A DNA stretch of 64,000 bases from the NCBI GenBank assembly GCA_051117555.1, contig JBNPEG010000051.1, forward strand, positions 1-64,000. Direction: 5' to 3'. Origin of the DNA: Elainellaceae cyanobacterium (GTDB taxonomy: Bacteria > Cyanobacteriota > Cyanobacteriia > CAZCXK01). The notes below the pieces were generated by a model. That model was not told the DNA's origin and ran no database searches. It saw only the letters and a list, made by a program, of their open reading frames with translations. The position numbers and the translations under genes are program-made. Below are positions 51,184 to 62,432 of this stretch, one piece after another. Each line of letters starts with the position of its first letter. Position 1 is the stretch's first letter.

Positions 51184-51957
51184 ATGGTTTCAATTCAGGA
51201 TCGGGTTGCACTAATTACCGGTGCAAGTAGCGGCATTGGCAGGGCCTGTGCAAAAGCCTTTGTGGAAGGGGGTGCCAAAGTCATTTTAGTGGCTCGACGC
51301 AAAGATCGTTTGGAGTCTCTTCTAGAGGACCTTAAACAGATCTCTGACACTCAACATTATGTAATTCAGCTTGACGTGCGCGATCGCTCTCAGGTCGAAT
51401 CTGTCATCGGCAATCTTCCTGAACCATGGTGCAACATTGACATTTTGATTAATAATGCGGGGCTGAGTCGTGGCTTAGATAAACTTCATGAGGGAGACAT
51501 TCAGGATTGGGAGGAAATGATTGACACCAATGTAAAGGGGCTGCTCTATATGACTCGATTAGTGGTTCCCAGGATGGTGAGTCAGGGAAGAGGACATGTC
51601 ATCAATATTGGTTCAATTGCTGGGCATCAAACCTACCCCAATGGAAATGTCTATTGTGCAACCAAAGCCGCTGTTCGGGCGCTTTCAGAAGGGCTGAAAA
51701 TGGATTTGCTCGGCACTCCGATTCGAGTTAGCTCAGTGGATCCAGGGCTTGTCGAGACAGAATTCAGCGATGTTAGATTCCACGGCGATGTGGAGAGAGC
51801 CAAAACCGTCTATAGCGGCATGACTCCATTGACTGGAGAAGATATTGCCGACATCGTGTTCTTTTGTGCAACTCGCCCGTTTCACGTCAATATCAGTGAC
51901 GTGTTGGTTATCCCGACCGATCAATCAAGTGCGACGATGGTCCATCGGCGGAGCTAG
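51184..51957 (+). CDS. SDR family oxidoreductase (YdfG-like)
   Basis: TGASSGIG, NNAG, YCATK. Confidence 0.93.
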   Translation: MVSIQDRVALITGASSGIGRACAKAFVEGGAKVILVARRKDRLESLLEDLKQISDTQHYVIQLDVRDRSQVESVIGNLPEPWCNIDILINNAGLSRGLDKLHEGDIQDWEEMIDTNVKGLLYMTRLVVPRMVSQGRGHVINIGSIAGHQTYPNGNVYCATKAAVRALSEGLKMDLLGTPIRVSSVDPGLVETEFSDVRFHGDVERAKTVYSGMTPLTGEDIADIVFFCATRPFHVNISDVLVIPTDQSSATMVHRRS

Positions 51958-51967
51958 ATGAATTTTA

Positions 51968-52519
51968 CTAAAATCGAACACCAACACCACCCTGGAGAGC
52001 GGCTGCTGTGCCACTACCCTCCCGATATGCGTCAAACGCAATAATAGCATTTCCAAAGACGACGAGCCGACTGTTTGGAAGAGCGTAGTCGATACCGGGT
52101 TGAAGCACAAAAGCCGTTTGATTACCAATCGGAGAGGCCTCATCTTCGTCATTGCCATCTTGAAATGCCACGCCTGCTCCCAAGTACGCATCGGCTTGCC
52201 AGGTGATAGGAATATCATAGGAGACAGTTGGGACAAACGCATTGGTGTCCGTAAAGACAAGCGCCTGAGCCCGAACCGAAATTGGCAACCTCAAGAATCG
52301 ATACCGAGCCGCAATAACGGCGGCTGTGTCTTGGTTTTCATTATCGCCTTCACCATCTGTCAAGCCAAACGATCCCCCGACTCCTACGTAACTTCCATAT
52401 GCGGCTTGAGCAGAGGCCGATGACGGACTCAAAAGCGTCATACCCACGGCTAAGACGGAGCTTCCGATCGCGATCGCTCCTACTCCTATTTGGCGTTGCC
52501 AAGATTTGAAATAATTCAT
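51968..52519 (-). CDS. Outer-membrane beta-barrel protein (small, 8-strand type)
   Basis: Signal peptide, alternating beta strands, terminal GGVGVRF. Confidence 0.7.
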   Translation of the reverse strand: MNYFKSWQRQIGVGAIAIGSSVLAVGMTLLSPSSASAQAAYGSYVGVGGSFGLTDGEGDNENQDTAAVIAARYRFLRLPISVRAQALVFTDTNAFVPTVSYDIPITWQADAYLGAGVAFQDGNDEDEASPIGNQTAFVLQPGIDYALPNSRLVVFGNAIIAFDAYREGSGTAAALQGGVGVRF

Positions 52520-52572
52520 TGGTAAACTCCTCAGCGTTAATAGTCAGCGTTAATAGAAATTATTTCGATAGC

Positions 52573-52666
52573 TATAGCGATCCTAAATCGCTTGTGAATT
52601 GTGTGTGAGCAGTGAGGGCGGGCGCCACCTGCCCCCACTGCTCACAACCTATTTGGGATTGCCATA
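52573..52666. mobile_element. TATAGC-type element, subfamily B
   Basis: Imperfect 25-bp terminal inverted repeats; central gtgagcagtg...cactgctcac stem; 38-nt identity to 40645-40682 (reverse complement). Confidence 0.8.
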
Positions 52667-52992
52667 GCTGCATTCTGGATTTTTATCTGAATGACTTGAT
52701 TGATGAGTGATTCGAAATCTATCAATTACGAATTAGCCTGAAATGATTAAAGCTGAAAAAAGCCGAATTTACCAGGCTTTTTAAATTTTTAGCTCGATAG
52801 GCATAACAATTCGACGTAACATTTCAATTATTTTTCTTCTTTCTGCTCAGCTAAATTGTAAAGCTGCTCAGAAATTTCCTAAAAAAATTTCAAGTTCCTG
52901 AAAAATCATTGGGCTTTTGCTATCAATTAGCGTAGATTGGGAATGCTAAATATAAGCCCACTCATCGGTAACATGACTCTGCGCAAGCGGCT

Positions 52993-53565
52993 ATGTTGAA
53001 AATCTTACGTACGACATTACTTTTATCGGCTGTTTTGATCCCCATATTGGGCGATCGACAATTGCCCGCTTTTTCACAAGAATATCAAGGTTGTTTTATG
53101 GTTGATGACTTTGGGCAAGTCATTGATTTATCAGAAATTTGTCCGCCTCCAACTCAGGTTGTGAGCAATAGTGAGTCTCCCGAGTTAGGGACAGGTGATA
53201 TTCAAGTTACATTACGTTGGGCCACAACGGATGATTTAGATCTAGCAGTAACAGATCCAACGGGCAATGTGGTTGCGTACTACAATCCTACTGTTCCATC
53301 GGGTGGACAACTCGATGTAGACGCAAACGCAGGTTGCTTTAGCGATCCAAGTCAAACTCCGATTGAGAATATTTTTTGGCCGCCATCTCAAGCGCCAGAA
53401 GGTAGTTACACTATTGAAGTCAATCTGTTTACCCGCTGTACTGCGTCTAACGGCCCCATTCCATTCGAAATAACACTGCTAGTTCAAGGGAATACCGAGA
53501 CGATCACGGGGACTGTTGATGATCAAAATCAAATTTTTACCCGTCCGTTCTCGTTGCCAAGATAA
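52993..53565 (+). CDS. Secreted YfaP/DUF2135-like protein
   Basis: GDIQVTLRW..DDLDLAVTDP..GGQLDVD..PIENIFW..GSYTIEV. Confidence 0.7.
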   Translation: MLKILRTTLLLSAVLIPILGDRQLPAFSQEYQGCFMVDDFGQVIDLSEICPPPTQVVSNSESPELGTGDIQVTLRWATTDDLDLAVTDPTGNVVAYYNPTVPSGGQLDVDANAGCFSDPSQTPIENIFWPPSQAPEGSYTIEVNLFTRCTASNGPIPFEITLLVQGNTETITGTVDDQNQIFTRPFSLPR

Positions 53566-53798
53566 ATTGCCTGAATCAGGTAACCGAAGCGCATAGCAAA
53601 GAGATATTAGTATTCTCGGTTGAGGCTCATTGATCTCTGAAGGAGATAAACGACTTAAAAAATTACTACGGGTCAACAAAAGGTTAAGATTTTGGGGATG
53701 GCTGGCTTCTTTGTATTAGCGTTAAGAGCCATTTCTGCGAAATTCTCGGCATACTAGATACAGCGTAAATTAATCATTTCAAACGGGAGGCTGGGGGG

Positions 53799-54545
53799 AT
53801 GCGTCACGTCTCGTTCCTTGCGGTAATGACTATATTGACTTTAGGGCTAGGAGGATGCGGCTTTATAAATCGATTGCTACCGGGGGGTGAGCAGACTGCG
53901 GTTGATGAGTCTGCTCAACAACCTGCTCCAAGCCCGACCGATCAAGTCCCGGCAGAAGGTGAGGGTGAAGGCTTTGAGGAACCCGTAGTGGAGGAAGAAT
54001 CTCCGCCTGTCGGCAATGTTCCTCCTGATTTAATTGCATCGACTGATCCAAATCAGCGGGCTGCAAATGTGCGACGCGATCGCGCCGACCCTTTTGCATT
54101 GCTTCCGACAACGCCCACTGTTGAAATTCCTCAGGAAGAACCACAGCCGCAACGACCTGCCCCGGCTCAGCCTACATCTTCCCCCAGGGGGACATCTCCG
54201 GGAGCACTCGCACCCATCCCCGAGCTAGTTCCTCGCAATACGCAACCGTCGCCACCGCCGCCGCCCCAACCAGATTTAGCAAGGGCTGTTGAAGTAAGCG
54301 GGGTTGTTCAGATTGGCAGCGTACCCTATGCAATTTTAAATGCACCCAATGAGCCTCACAGTCGTTATGTCAGATCGGGGCAGAGGCTTGCAAATGGCCA
54401 AGTTTTGGTAAAGCGTATTGAGGTGATTCCAGGGCTAGAACCCGTCGTTATTCTTGAAGAAAACGGCATTGAAGTCGTTCGTGAAGTGACGGGGCCGCGA
54501 GAGACGGAAACAGCGACTACAGCATCTACTAACCCAGCCATTTAG
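53799..54545 (+). CDS. Proline-rich lipoprotein, hypothetical
   Basis: Lipobox LGGC; RADPFA; C-terminal beta domain VSGVVQIG..YVRSGQRL. Confidence 0.75.
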   Translation: MRHVSFLAVMTILTLGLGGCGFINRLLPGGEQTAVDESAQQPAPSPTDQVPAEGEGEGFEEPVVEEESPPVGNVPPDLIASTDPNQRAANVRRDRADPFALLPTTPTVEIPQEEPQPQRPAPAQPTSSPRGTSPGALAPIPELVPRNTQPSPPPPPQPDLARAVEVSGVVQIGSVPYAILNAPNEPHSRYVRSGQRLANGQVLVKRIEVIPGLEPVVILEENGIEVVREVTGPRETETATTASTNPAI

Positions 54546-54850
54546 ATACGTCGGTTTCAGCATGATTGGGGGAGCCGAGCGGCTTCGCTATATCGTTTCA
54601 TTTAATGGATGGCATAGTGAGCGAATCTGGCCGGATCATCAAAACATTCCACGGGGCTCGACAGTGTTTTGCAATAAAAATTAAGGTTTTAGGCGATCTG
54701 ATAGGACATGGAGGGTAGTACGCTGGAAGACGATCATGATATAACCTGAGCCTCTTGTGGAAGACTTAGTTGCTGAATCAAATTTGAGCATTTGGCTAAC
54801 AGCTCTCCAAGAGGATTTGATCAATTAATATCTTGTAAAGGAAAAGACTC

Positions 54851-55087
54851 ATGGTTCAACGCGGATCTAAAGTTCGAATTCTCCGGGAAGAGTCCTATTG
54901 GTACAAAGATGTCGGAACGGTTGCAACCGTTGACCAGAGCGGCATCAGATATCCCGCAATTGTTCGCTTTGACAAGGTTAATTACACTGGATACAGTGGC
55001 GCGACGGGAGGTGTAAATACGAATAACTTTGCTCTAGATGAGTTAGAAGAAATTGCACCCCCCCCTTCAAAAGGTAAGAAGAAATAG
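54851..55087 (+). CDS. psaE: Photosystem I reaction center subunit IV
   Basis: [35 protein letters not shown]. Confidence 0.98.
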   Translation: MVQRGSKVRILREESYWYKDVGTVATVDQSGIRYPAIVRFDKVNYTGYSGATGGVNTNNFALDELEEIAPPPSKGKKK

Positions 55088-55111
55088 GGATTGTATTAGT
55101 GCGGGTGAATT

Positions 55112-55984
55112 GTGCCCGAGCTACCTGAAGTTGAAACGGTGCGGCACGGTCTCAATCGGGTGACCTTGTCTCAATCTATTGAGGGTGGGGATGTGTTGCT
55201 AAGCCGCACCATCGCCCACCCTTTTTCTGAAGATGCTTTTGTAAAGAGCCTTAGGGGATTGGCGATCGCTCATTGGCATCGTCGCGGCAAGTATTTATTA
55301 GCTGAGTTATTTGATCCCGGTGCAATGCGATCGCAGGGACAGGTCAGAGAGCCTTCAGGATGGCTTGGAGTCCATTTGCGGATGACAGGGCAACTACTGT
55401 GGCTTCCTCAAACAGCTCCTGTGGAAAAGCACTGTCGGGCCAGGCTTTTTTTCCCTCATGGACAAGAATTACGCTTCGTTGATCAACGAACCTTTGGGCA
55501 GATGTGGTGGGTTCCACCGGGTGTAGCTCCAGAGATTATTATTCGAGGATTAACCCGATTAGGGCCAGAACCGCTATCCAACGATTTCTCGGTTGATTAT
55601 CTTAAACGGCAACTCTTCAACCGCCGTCGACCGATTAAAACTGCCCTACTCGATCAGGCAATCGTCGCAGGAATTGGCAACATCTATGCTGATGAGGCAT
55701 TATTCCTGAGTGGGATTAGACCATTAACCCATTGCAATAGCCTTAAACCCCGACAAGTTCTGCGTCTTCACAAAACGATTATTCAAGTTTTGCAAGACAG
55801 CATTGTTGAAGGAGGCACCACGTTTAGTAACTTTCGAGATGTTCAGGGAGTAAACGGCAATTATGGCAATGTTGCCTGGGTATATGGGCGCGAAGGATGC
55901 CCCTGCCGAGTCTGTCAAGCCCCTATTGAGCGGCTCAAATTGGCGGGGCGATCGACTTTCTTTTGTCGAACTTGCCAGAGTTGA
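55112..55984 (+). CDS. mutM: Formamidopyrimidine-DNA glycosylase
   Basis: MPELPEVE, HLRMTG, GIGNIYADE, C-terminal zinc finger. Confidence 0.97.
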   Translation: MPELPEVETVRHGLNRVTLSQSIEGGDVLLSRTIAHPFSEDAFVKSLRGLAIAHWHRRGKYLLAELFDPGAMRSQGQVREPSGWLGVHLRMTGQLLWLPQTAPVEKHCRARLFFPHGQELRFVDQRTFGQMWWVPPGVAPEIIIRGLTRLGPEPLSNDFSVDYLKRQLFNRRRPIKTALLDQAIVAGIGNIYADEALFLSGIRPLTHCNSLKPRQVLRLHKTIIQVLQDSIVEGGTTFSNFRDVQGVNGNYGNVAWVYGREGCPCRVCQAPIERLKLAGRSTFFCRTCQS

Positions 55985-55993
55985 GTGGTATAC

Positions 55994-57106
55994 CTACTTC
56001 GCGCGTTGCCAAAGTCGAATGAGTTCTGAAAGTGTCTGGCGATCTGGAGTCGATGCCACTCGAATCGCTGGATCAATTTCCGCACCGGGAATATTTTGAT
56101 TCCAGGGACTTTCGGGAACTGATTGAAGGTCGATTGAGGCATCGCCTGGGCGGAACCCGTATCGAATAAAAACAGCTTGTTGGGGGTCGGCGGTCAAAAA
56201 GTCGAGAAACTGTTGAGCTGCATCAGCAGTTTGGGGACTGATATTGCGTCGGACAATCGCGGCCGTTGACACGGTTTCAAGGGTGGGGTCGAGATAATAA
56301 ATTTGGTAGGGTTGCCCCTGGGTCGCAGCCGATTGCTGCCACCGATATAGCGCAATGCTTTCATATACCGTCGCAATATCCGCTTCATTAGGTCCTCTAG
56401 CGATAAATTCTTGAAGCAAGATATCGGTAGACGGTGGAGGCAAATACACCGAGCGCTTGATTAAGCCAATGAGAGACTGAAGGTTTGAGGTATTGAGTTT
56501 GCTGCTGCTGAGGCGATCGCCCCCCAGTTTCGCCTGGGCCCAGAGACTCAGCGTCAGTTGCCCGCTGTTAGACCGGGTAGGGTCGGTGATCACAAAGTCA
56601 AAGCTTCCCCAATTGGCTGATCCACCGATATCGCTCCATGAGTTAGCCTCGAGCGCTGTTTGCAACCGTGACCAGTCAAATTCTCCTGTTGGAAACAGTA
56701 CCTCACCTCGCTCAGACCAGGCAATGCCAACCAGCATTGTTTTGACAATTGGACGCGGGGGCTCATAAAACGGATCGCTGTCATATTGAACTTGCCAGCG
56801 ATCGCTCAACTCATCGAGCAGTTCTCCATTAGCCGGAATCAAAATGGCGGGGTCAACCTCGGCTTGATCGTCGATATAGTCGTTGATGATGTCTTGAGAG
56901 CCCCGGAACTGCAAGTCAAGCTGGATGGACGGATGAGCTTGCTCAAACCGGTCTTCTAACTGTTCGAGCGGTTCTTGCAATTCTGTGCCGCTGACTACTA
57001 TGACTCGTTGCTGGCTGCCAAATACTGGGGCATACGTGGCTCCGAGGGCGATCGCAATAGTGCCGAGAGAGATTAACAGGGATCGGCGGTTTCGGGGATG
57101 AGTCAC
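55994..57106 (-). CDS. Extracellular solute-binding-type protein
   Basis: Signal/TM anchor, VVSGTELQEPL, TDPTRSNSG, ATVYES; paralogous to the N-terminus of 57950-59686. Confidence 0.75.
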   Translation of the reverse strand: MTHPRNRRSLLISLGTIAIALGATYAPVFGSQQRVIVVSGTELQEPLEQLEDRFEQAHPSIQLDLQFRGSQDIINDYIDDQAEVDPAILIPANGELLDELSDRWQVQYDSDPFYEPPRPIVKTMLVGIAWSERGEVLFPTGEFDWSRLQTALEANSWSDIGGSANWGSFDFVITDPTRSNSGQLTLSLWAQAKLGGDRLSSSKLNTSNLQSLIGLIKRSVYLPPPSTDILLQEFIARGPNEADIATVYESIALYRWQQSAATQGQPYQIYYLDPTLETVSTAAIVRRNISPQTADAAQQFLDFLTADPQQAVFIRYGFRPGDASIDLQSVPESPWNQNIPGAEIDPAIRVASTPDRQTLSELIRLWQRAK

Positions 57107-57882
57107 ACCTGTTTCCTCTTGGGATGGGACGGTTGCGAATTTGACAGCGTTACGTGGGTGTCGTCGGCAATGAGTAAATCGACATTTTCTTGAAAATGAT
57201 TGAATTCATTGCTGAGCGATCGCAGTTCGCTGGTTTCAGATGTGTTGGTTAAATCTGCGGTTCGCAGTTTGTTTTGCAGGCGCTGCAGAATTCCGGCTGC
57301 ATCAAGAATTAGGGTCGATAAACTGATGACCTGTGCTTGTCGAGCATCTTGGCCCTCTTGAGCCAGGCGGATATTGCTTCGCAGGGTGTCAGCCAACTTC
57401 TGGAGCTGTTCACGGGCAACGCCCGAACTGGCATGGAGTTTATCCTCCACCTCTTTAAACTGTTGCTGTAAGTCTTGAATCGACAGCAACGAACTTGATC
57501 CGTGCAGACGACGAGCGAGCTGATCTACTTTGGCAGGCAGTTCTTTGGCGCGATCGCACGCAAGCTGTACAACGGCTAAGAGTTCAAGCTCATCGAGTTC
57601 GGTTAGCATTCGGGTTGCCTCGACTCGGAGCGCTTCGCCTTGGTTAGCAACCAGTTCTGCTTGATTTTGAACTGACTTTAATTCTCGTTCAAGCGCTGGA
57701 TTATCAAGCCCTAAGCCTTCAGGTTCTTGAGATTTGCGAATTGATGCACCGAGGGTGGCGATCGCCACTGAAACGGGCACCATTACAATGCTGGGCAGTC
57801 GAGCTACTCGCACACCGACAAAGAGGGCGATCGCACCCACGAGTACAGGGATTGGATAGTAGAGAGGGTTAGCGAGTCTCAT
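57103..57882 (-). CDS. Membrane-anchored coiled-coil protein
   Basis: Two N-terminal TM helices, then a long helical region; stop overlaps the next start (GTGA). Confidence 0.75.
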   Translation of the reverse strand: MRLANPLYYPIPVLVGAIALFVGVRVARLPSIVMVPVSVAIATLGASIRKSQEPEGLGLDNPALERELKSVQNQAELVANQGEALRVEATRMLTELDELELLAVVQLACDRAKELPAKVDQLARRLHGSSSLLSIQDLQQQFKEVEDKLHASSGVAREQLQKLADTLRSNIRLAQEGQDARQAQVISLSTLILDAAGILQRLQNKLRTADLTNTSETSELRSLSNEFNHFQENVDLLIADDTHVTLSNSQPSHPKRKQV

Positions 57883-57949
57883 CGACGACAGAGGTGAGGG
57901 GGTATAGGTAAATGATGGGCAGAAATCGCGGTGGAAAACCGGCACGATG

Positions 57950-59686
57950 CTAGAACTCTAGCTGGAGATCAGCCATAAGTTGTGAAATCGTTTCAGGATT
58001 TCCTTTAGAGTAATATCCGCCATTGAAATCGGCGATTTGTTTAAGAGCATCTGGGTTGAATTCTCCTGCTTGCCCATAGCCAACCGTAAAAAAGGCAATG
58101 CGCTGATCCGACTCAAACCCGCTCGATTGGAGTTCGGAATCTAGCTGCTGCAGCGTGATCCCTTCACCGGAATCAACTCCATCTGTAAGAATCAAGACGG
58201 CGTTGATGGCATTGTCTCGGAAATTATCTTGAAGCCAGTTGCGTGCAAAGAGAGCCGCATCATACAGGCGAGTACCCCCGTCTGCTTGCAAACTACTAAC
58301 AAATTCTAAGCCGCGATTCTGTCCCTCAGGCGTGCCCTCCACTACGATAGGAGAACGAAGTTGGTCGTCAAAATCAATCAGGGCAATTTGATCGCGAGGC
58401 CCCAGATTATTGATATAGGTGCGGAGTGTATTTTGAACAGCAGGCAGCTTATTGCCTTCCATCGATCCAGACGAATCGATCACGATGGCAACCAGGGATG
58501 GTTTTTTCACGGCGTCTTCCCACGTCCTGAGCATTGTGTCTACTACATCAGGCTGGGGAGGACGGTATGAGTCATAACTCGCTTGTGGATTAACGCCCAA
58601 CTCAGTTGAAAAATTGGCGCTTAGTGCTACGCCCGGAATTCCAGGACGCAGCCCTAAATTTGTGGCTATAGTTTGAGCATCAGGCGATCGCAAGTATTCG
58701 ATTACCTGTTCTGCGGCGGCTTTTTCTGAGTCGCTAATCCAGGGAGCATCGGGTAAAATTGCCCGCATATTAGACGTAAATGTCGCAGACGGATAGACAG
58801 CTTGATAACGAGGCTGATTGGGTTGGCGATTTTGATTTGCCGCAATCACCGATGACTCATAGACCGAGCCGACCGATGCCCAAAACGGCCCATTTTGCAC
58901 CATCGACGTTGCGAGCGAACTGGTTGACACCCCATAGCGCGTAATCTTTTGCTGAATCTCTTCCACCTGGGGCGCGTAGGTATTAATATCGTCAATCGTC
59001 AACTCTTCGGGGCGTTTGCCTGAAACCGATGCAAATTGGGCAACAAGAGTTTGCAACCCTGAATTAGAGCGAGTTGGAGCTGTGTGCACATAGTGAATCT
59101 TGAGGGGAGGGCTATCGGGGGCAATATCTTGATGAGTTTCTGCTGTGGTCAGCGCTTGGAACACATTATCCGTTGCCTGCAGCCCATCAGCGATATCTTC
59201 TTCAGCCATAAACACCATCGGGCTATTGGCTAATAGGGGCGCATCGGTAATTTCAGGAATGTAGGATTGTCCTGGAAAGAGTTGCTCCATGCGATAACGA
59301 AGCTGACCGTGATAGATCTCTCCATCAACGGATAGCAGGGTCGGAAATTCGGGCGAATCAGCATTGATGGTTCCAGCTTGAAGCTGCTCGGCCAGAGACA
59401 TGATGCGGTCGACTACATCACCGCTACCTGCGGCTTCGCAAGACGCGTAAAATGTTTCACCGCTGTCGAGTCGGGGTTGCTGCTGGTTGAAGGGGGCGAT
59501 CGCCTGTTCACAAAACTCTCCTAAAGCGCTGCCGAAGAGAAGTTTGACTTCAAATCCTGACTGAGGATTTGCCGATGATGATGCGTCAGAATCATTACTG
59601 CCAGACGTATTTCCGCCACAACCACTGATTATAACTAGGCTTGCGATCGCAATTAGCCTATGCCAATGCTGATGCCGTCGACTCAT
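57950..59686 (-). CDS. Lipoprotein with solute-binding domain and C-terminal vWA domain
   Basis: Lipobox ISGC; TAPTRSNSG, SVYES; MIDAS DSSGS, GGT, ILTDG. Confidence 0.88.
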   Translation of the reverse strand: MSRRHQHWHRLIAIASLVIISGCGGNTSGSNDSDASSSANPQSGFEVKLLFGSALGEFCEQAIAPFNQQQPRLDSGETFYASCEAAGSGDVVDRIMSLAEQLQAGTINADSPEFPTLLSVDGEIYHGQLRYRMEQLFPGQSYIPEITDAPLLANSPMVFMAEEDIADGLQATDNVFQALTTAETHQDIAPDSPPLKIHYVHTAPTRSNSGLQTLVAQFASVSGKRPEELTIDDINTYAPQVEEIQQKITRYGVSTSSLATSMVQNGPFWASVGSVYESSVIAANQNRQPNQPRYQAVYPSATFTSNMRAILPDAPWISDSEKAAAEQVIEYLRSPDAQTIATNLGLRPGIPGVALSANFSTELGVNPQASYDSYRPPQPDVVDTMLRTWEDAVKKPSLVAIVIDSSGSMEGNKLPAVQNTLRTYINNLGPRDQIALIDFDDQLRSPIVVEGTPEGQNRGLEFVSSLQADGGTRLYDAALFARNWLQDNFRDNAINAVLILTDGVDSGEGITLQQLDSELQSSGFESDQRIAFFTVGYGQAGEFNPDALKQIADFNGGYYSKGNPETISQLMADLQLEF

Positions 59687-59845
59687 AATGCGCCCTCAAA
59701 ACGAAGCAGCGGTAATTGCACTAAATTGTTCAACTTGCACATTCCTATTTTGACGCTCGGTTAGGCGAAGTGTCGACATGAGAGAAAACGCACTACGTAG
59801 AATGCAAGAAACGAATAGGGAGTTGTCTGAACCCGCACATCGAAT

Positions 59846-60376
59846 CTAGAGCCGATTCGAGGAGGGAGGTTTGGGCGATCGGGGTGACTGAGACGGGTGT
59901 TGAGGAGGTCTGAATGCGGCATAGAGCAAACAGATAATGCCGATATTGATCGATACATCAGCAAAATTAAAAATGGGAAACCAGTATTCACAGCCATCCG
60001 CAGACCAGAAGATACAAAATTTGAGAAAATCGACCACTTCTCCTGCGGCAAAGCGATCGATTCCATTCCCTAGTGCGCCCCCCAGAATGAAGCCATATCC
60101 AGCTTGTTCTAGCTGATTCATGGGTGGCCCAAAACACGCCAATGCTATTAGCCCAATGCTCACAATCAAAGAGAGCCAGCGTAACCATCCCCCTCCCTCG
60201 CTAAACAGACTAAATGCTGCACCGGGATTGGTTACGTAGGTTAGCTCAAAGACTTGGTTCCAGATAGGAACGGTTTCATTAAGTTCAAATGCCTGTACGA
60301 CCCAATATTTAGTGATTTGATCGACCACTAGGGCAATAAATGCAGCGATCCAAAAGAAGCGGTTTTTGATTCTCAT
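59846..60376 (-). CDS. lspA: Lipoprotein signal peptidase II
   Basis: DQITK, NPGAAFS, GGALGNGIDR, VVDF, FNFAD. Confidence 0.95.
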   Translation of the reverse strand: MRIKNRFFWIAAFIALVVDQITKYWVVQAFELNETVPIWNQVFELTYVTNPGAAFSLFSEGGGWLRWLSLIVSIGLIALACFGPPMNQLEQAGYGFILGGALGNGIDRFAAGEVVDFLKFCIFWSADGCEYWFPIFNFADVSINIGIICLLYAAFRPPQHPSQSPRSPKPPSSNRL

Positions 60377-60506
60377 GCGGCGTAATCAGGTCATTAGGAT
60401 GACGGTTAGGTCGGGCGCTCAAATGGGCGATCGCCCTCATCTATTCTCAGGCATTGCGGCACTTAGCAGAGAATAACATCCGACAAATTGTCACTTGCAG
60501 AATGAG

Positions 60507-61100
60507 CTAGTAAAACATCAAATGTCGCAGCGCAAACGATATCACTGTGACAGCACACGCTAGAGTGAGTTGCCCTAAAAATGGAAAAAGCGAATAATGG
60601 AGAACTGTCTGTACCAGAAAATCGGCGCTGGCACTCGTCCAATGAAATGCCTGAGTCACGATCAGATAGCTAACGCCAGTGAAATGGATTGTTAACAGCC
60701 CACAGATGCAGCTAAATGCAATTGACTCAAGTCGACGCGGCACTCGAAATGCAAGTGAGCCGCACACCCACGCCCCCGGAATAAACCCAAGCAAATATCC
60801 AAACGTAGGCTCTTCGACATAGCCCAACCCTCCTCCATTGGTAAATATGTTGAGCCACGTTAAGCCAAGGATCAAATAGGCAATCTGTGAAATAGCTGCT
60901 GCATTTCGACCTCCCAGACATGCAACGAGCAACACCGCTCCAATCTGACACGTTACCCCCAATGATTGAATTGGAATGTCAGGGTTTTCAATATGAAACG
61001 GAATTCCTGTGATGAATGCTTCCAGGAAGGTTCCACCAATCGTCAAAATTAAACCAATCAACGCCCATATTAAGTCAATCGGAGCAATCACGTTCATCAA
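60507..61100 (-). CDS. bioY: Biotin transporter BioY
   Basis: QIAYLILGL, FTNGGGLGY, TFGYLLGF. Confidence 0.88.
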   Translation of the reverse strand: MMNVIAPIDLIWALIGLILTIGGTFLEAFITGIPFHIENPDIPIQSLGVTCQIGAVLLVACLGGRNAAAISQIAYLILGLTWLNIFTNGGGLGYVEEPTFGYLLGFIPGAWVCGSLAFRVPRRLESIAFSCICGLLTIHFTGVSYLIVTQAFHWTSASADFLVQTVLHYSLFPFLGQLTLACAVTVISFALRHLMFY

Positions 61101-61126
61101 AACTCCATATTAGGGAGCATCGGGCT

Positions 61127-62083
61127 TTAGATTGTAGCAGCTAATTCGCCCACTTCTCGACGGGGAATATCGTAGGTTAGCAAGTCGTGTGCCATGCTGG
61201 TGTTCGGAAAAATAGCTTTGGCTTCAGTGAGCAAATCATCCAGGGCGATCGCATTTCCAGGAGCATAGCGAGGGCTGAAATGGGTCATGATCAACTTCTT
61301 AACTCCTCCAGCCAGAGCGACCTGTGCCGCCATTGTCGAGGTTGAGTGCAACCGCTGATATGCCAATTCAGCATCCTGATGCGAAAAGGTTGCTTCATGC
61401 ACGAGCACATCAGCATTGGTTGCGAGCTCTACCGCACTGTCACAATAAATCGTGTCAGTGCAATAGACGAATTTGCGTCCAATCTGGGTCGGGCCACACA
61501 AATCCGCACCGTTAATGCGGCGTCCATCCGGTAGTGTAATAACTTCTCCGCGTTTAAGGCGTCCATAAATTGGACCGGGAGGAATGCCCATGGCGTCGGC
61601 GCGTTCGACATCAAATCGGCCTGGCTTATCTTTCTCAGCAACGCGATAGCCAAACGCTGGTACCCGATGCGTCAGAGCATCACAATGCACCGTAAATTCA
61701 TCATCTTCAAACACTAATCCCGGTTTGACGGTGTGGACTTTTAATGGGTAGGAAAAATGGGTTTGAGAATAGCGACTACAGGCTCGCAAATAGTCGTCTA
61801 ATTTGGGAGGGCCATACACATCAATGCGACTCGGATTGCCTGCAAGCCCACAGCTAGCAAGTAGCCCCATCAATCCGTAAATATGATCGCCGTGCATGTG
61901 AGTCACAAAAATTCGAGTGATCTGGCTGACGCGGAGATCACTACGTAAAATTTGATGCTGAGTTCCCTCGCCGCAATCAAACAACCACACCTCCGCGCGT
62001 TGAGGAAGTCGTAACGCAATACTCGACACATTGCGCGATCGCGTCGGGACTCCTGAACTCGTTCCCAAAAACGTTAGCCGCAA
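61127..62083 (-). CDS. rnz: Ribonuclease Z
   Basis: [34 protein letters not shown]. Confidence 0.97.
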   Translation of the reverse strand: MRLTFLGTSSGVPTRSRNVSSIALRLPQRAEVWLFDCGEGTQHQILRSDLRVSQITRIFVTHMHGDHIYGLMGLLASCGLAGNPSRIDVYGPPKLDDYLRACSRYSQTHFSYPLKVHTVKPGLVFEDDEFTVHCDALTHRVPAFGYRVAEKDKPGRFDVERADAMGIPPGPIYGRLKRGEVITLPDGRRINGADLCGPTQIGRKFVYCTDTIYCDSAVELATNADVLVHEATFSHQDAELAYQRLHSTSTMAAQVALAGGVKKLIMTHFSPRYAPGNAIALDDLLTEAKAIFPNTSMAHDLLTYDIPRREVGELAATI

Positions 62084-62432
62084 AACAAAATCCTAGAAAC
62101 AACGTCAATCCTTGTGTAATCCCTATGGTGACATATCTAAAGTACAGTTGGAGTGAAGTTTCGTTTGCCCATTTTCACGTATTTTGAGGTCTGATTTCTA
62201 GGGGAGTACGTGATCAACTCTGAGGAAGTCACAAATATAACCGAACGAGATAATCAAATATACTGGCTGAATTTAGCAACAAATTCGCGTATAGTGGGCA
62301 AGGAAATTTAGCCACTATTAAGATTTAATTTCTGTCACATTTAGGTGTTCACTAATCTATTTACGACGGTTTCATAGAGACACATTCGTTTATTTATTGA
62401 TCTACTTTGCTTAAGGTGAGGGATTTACAGAC

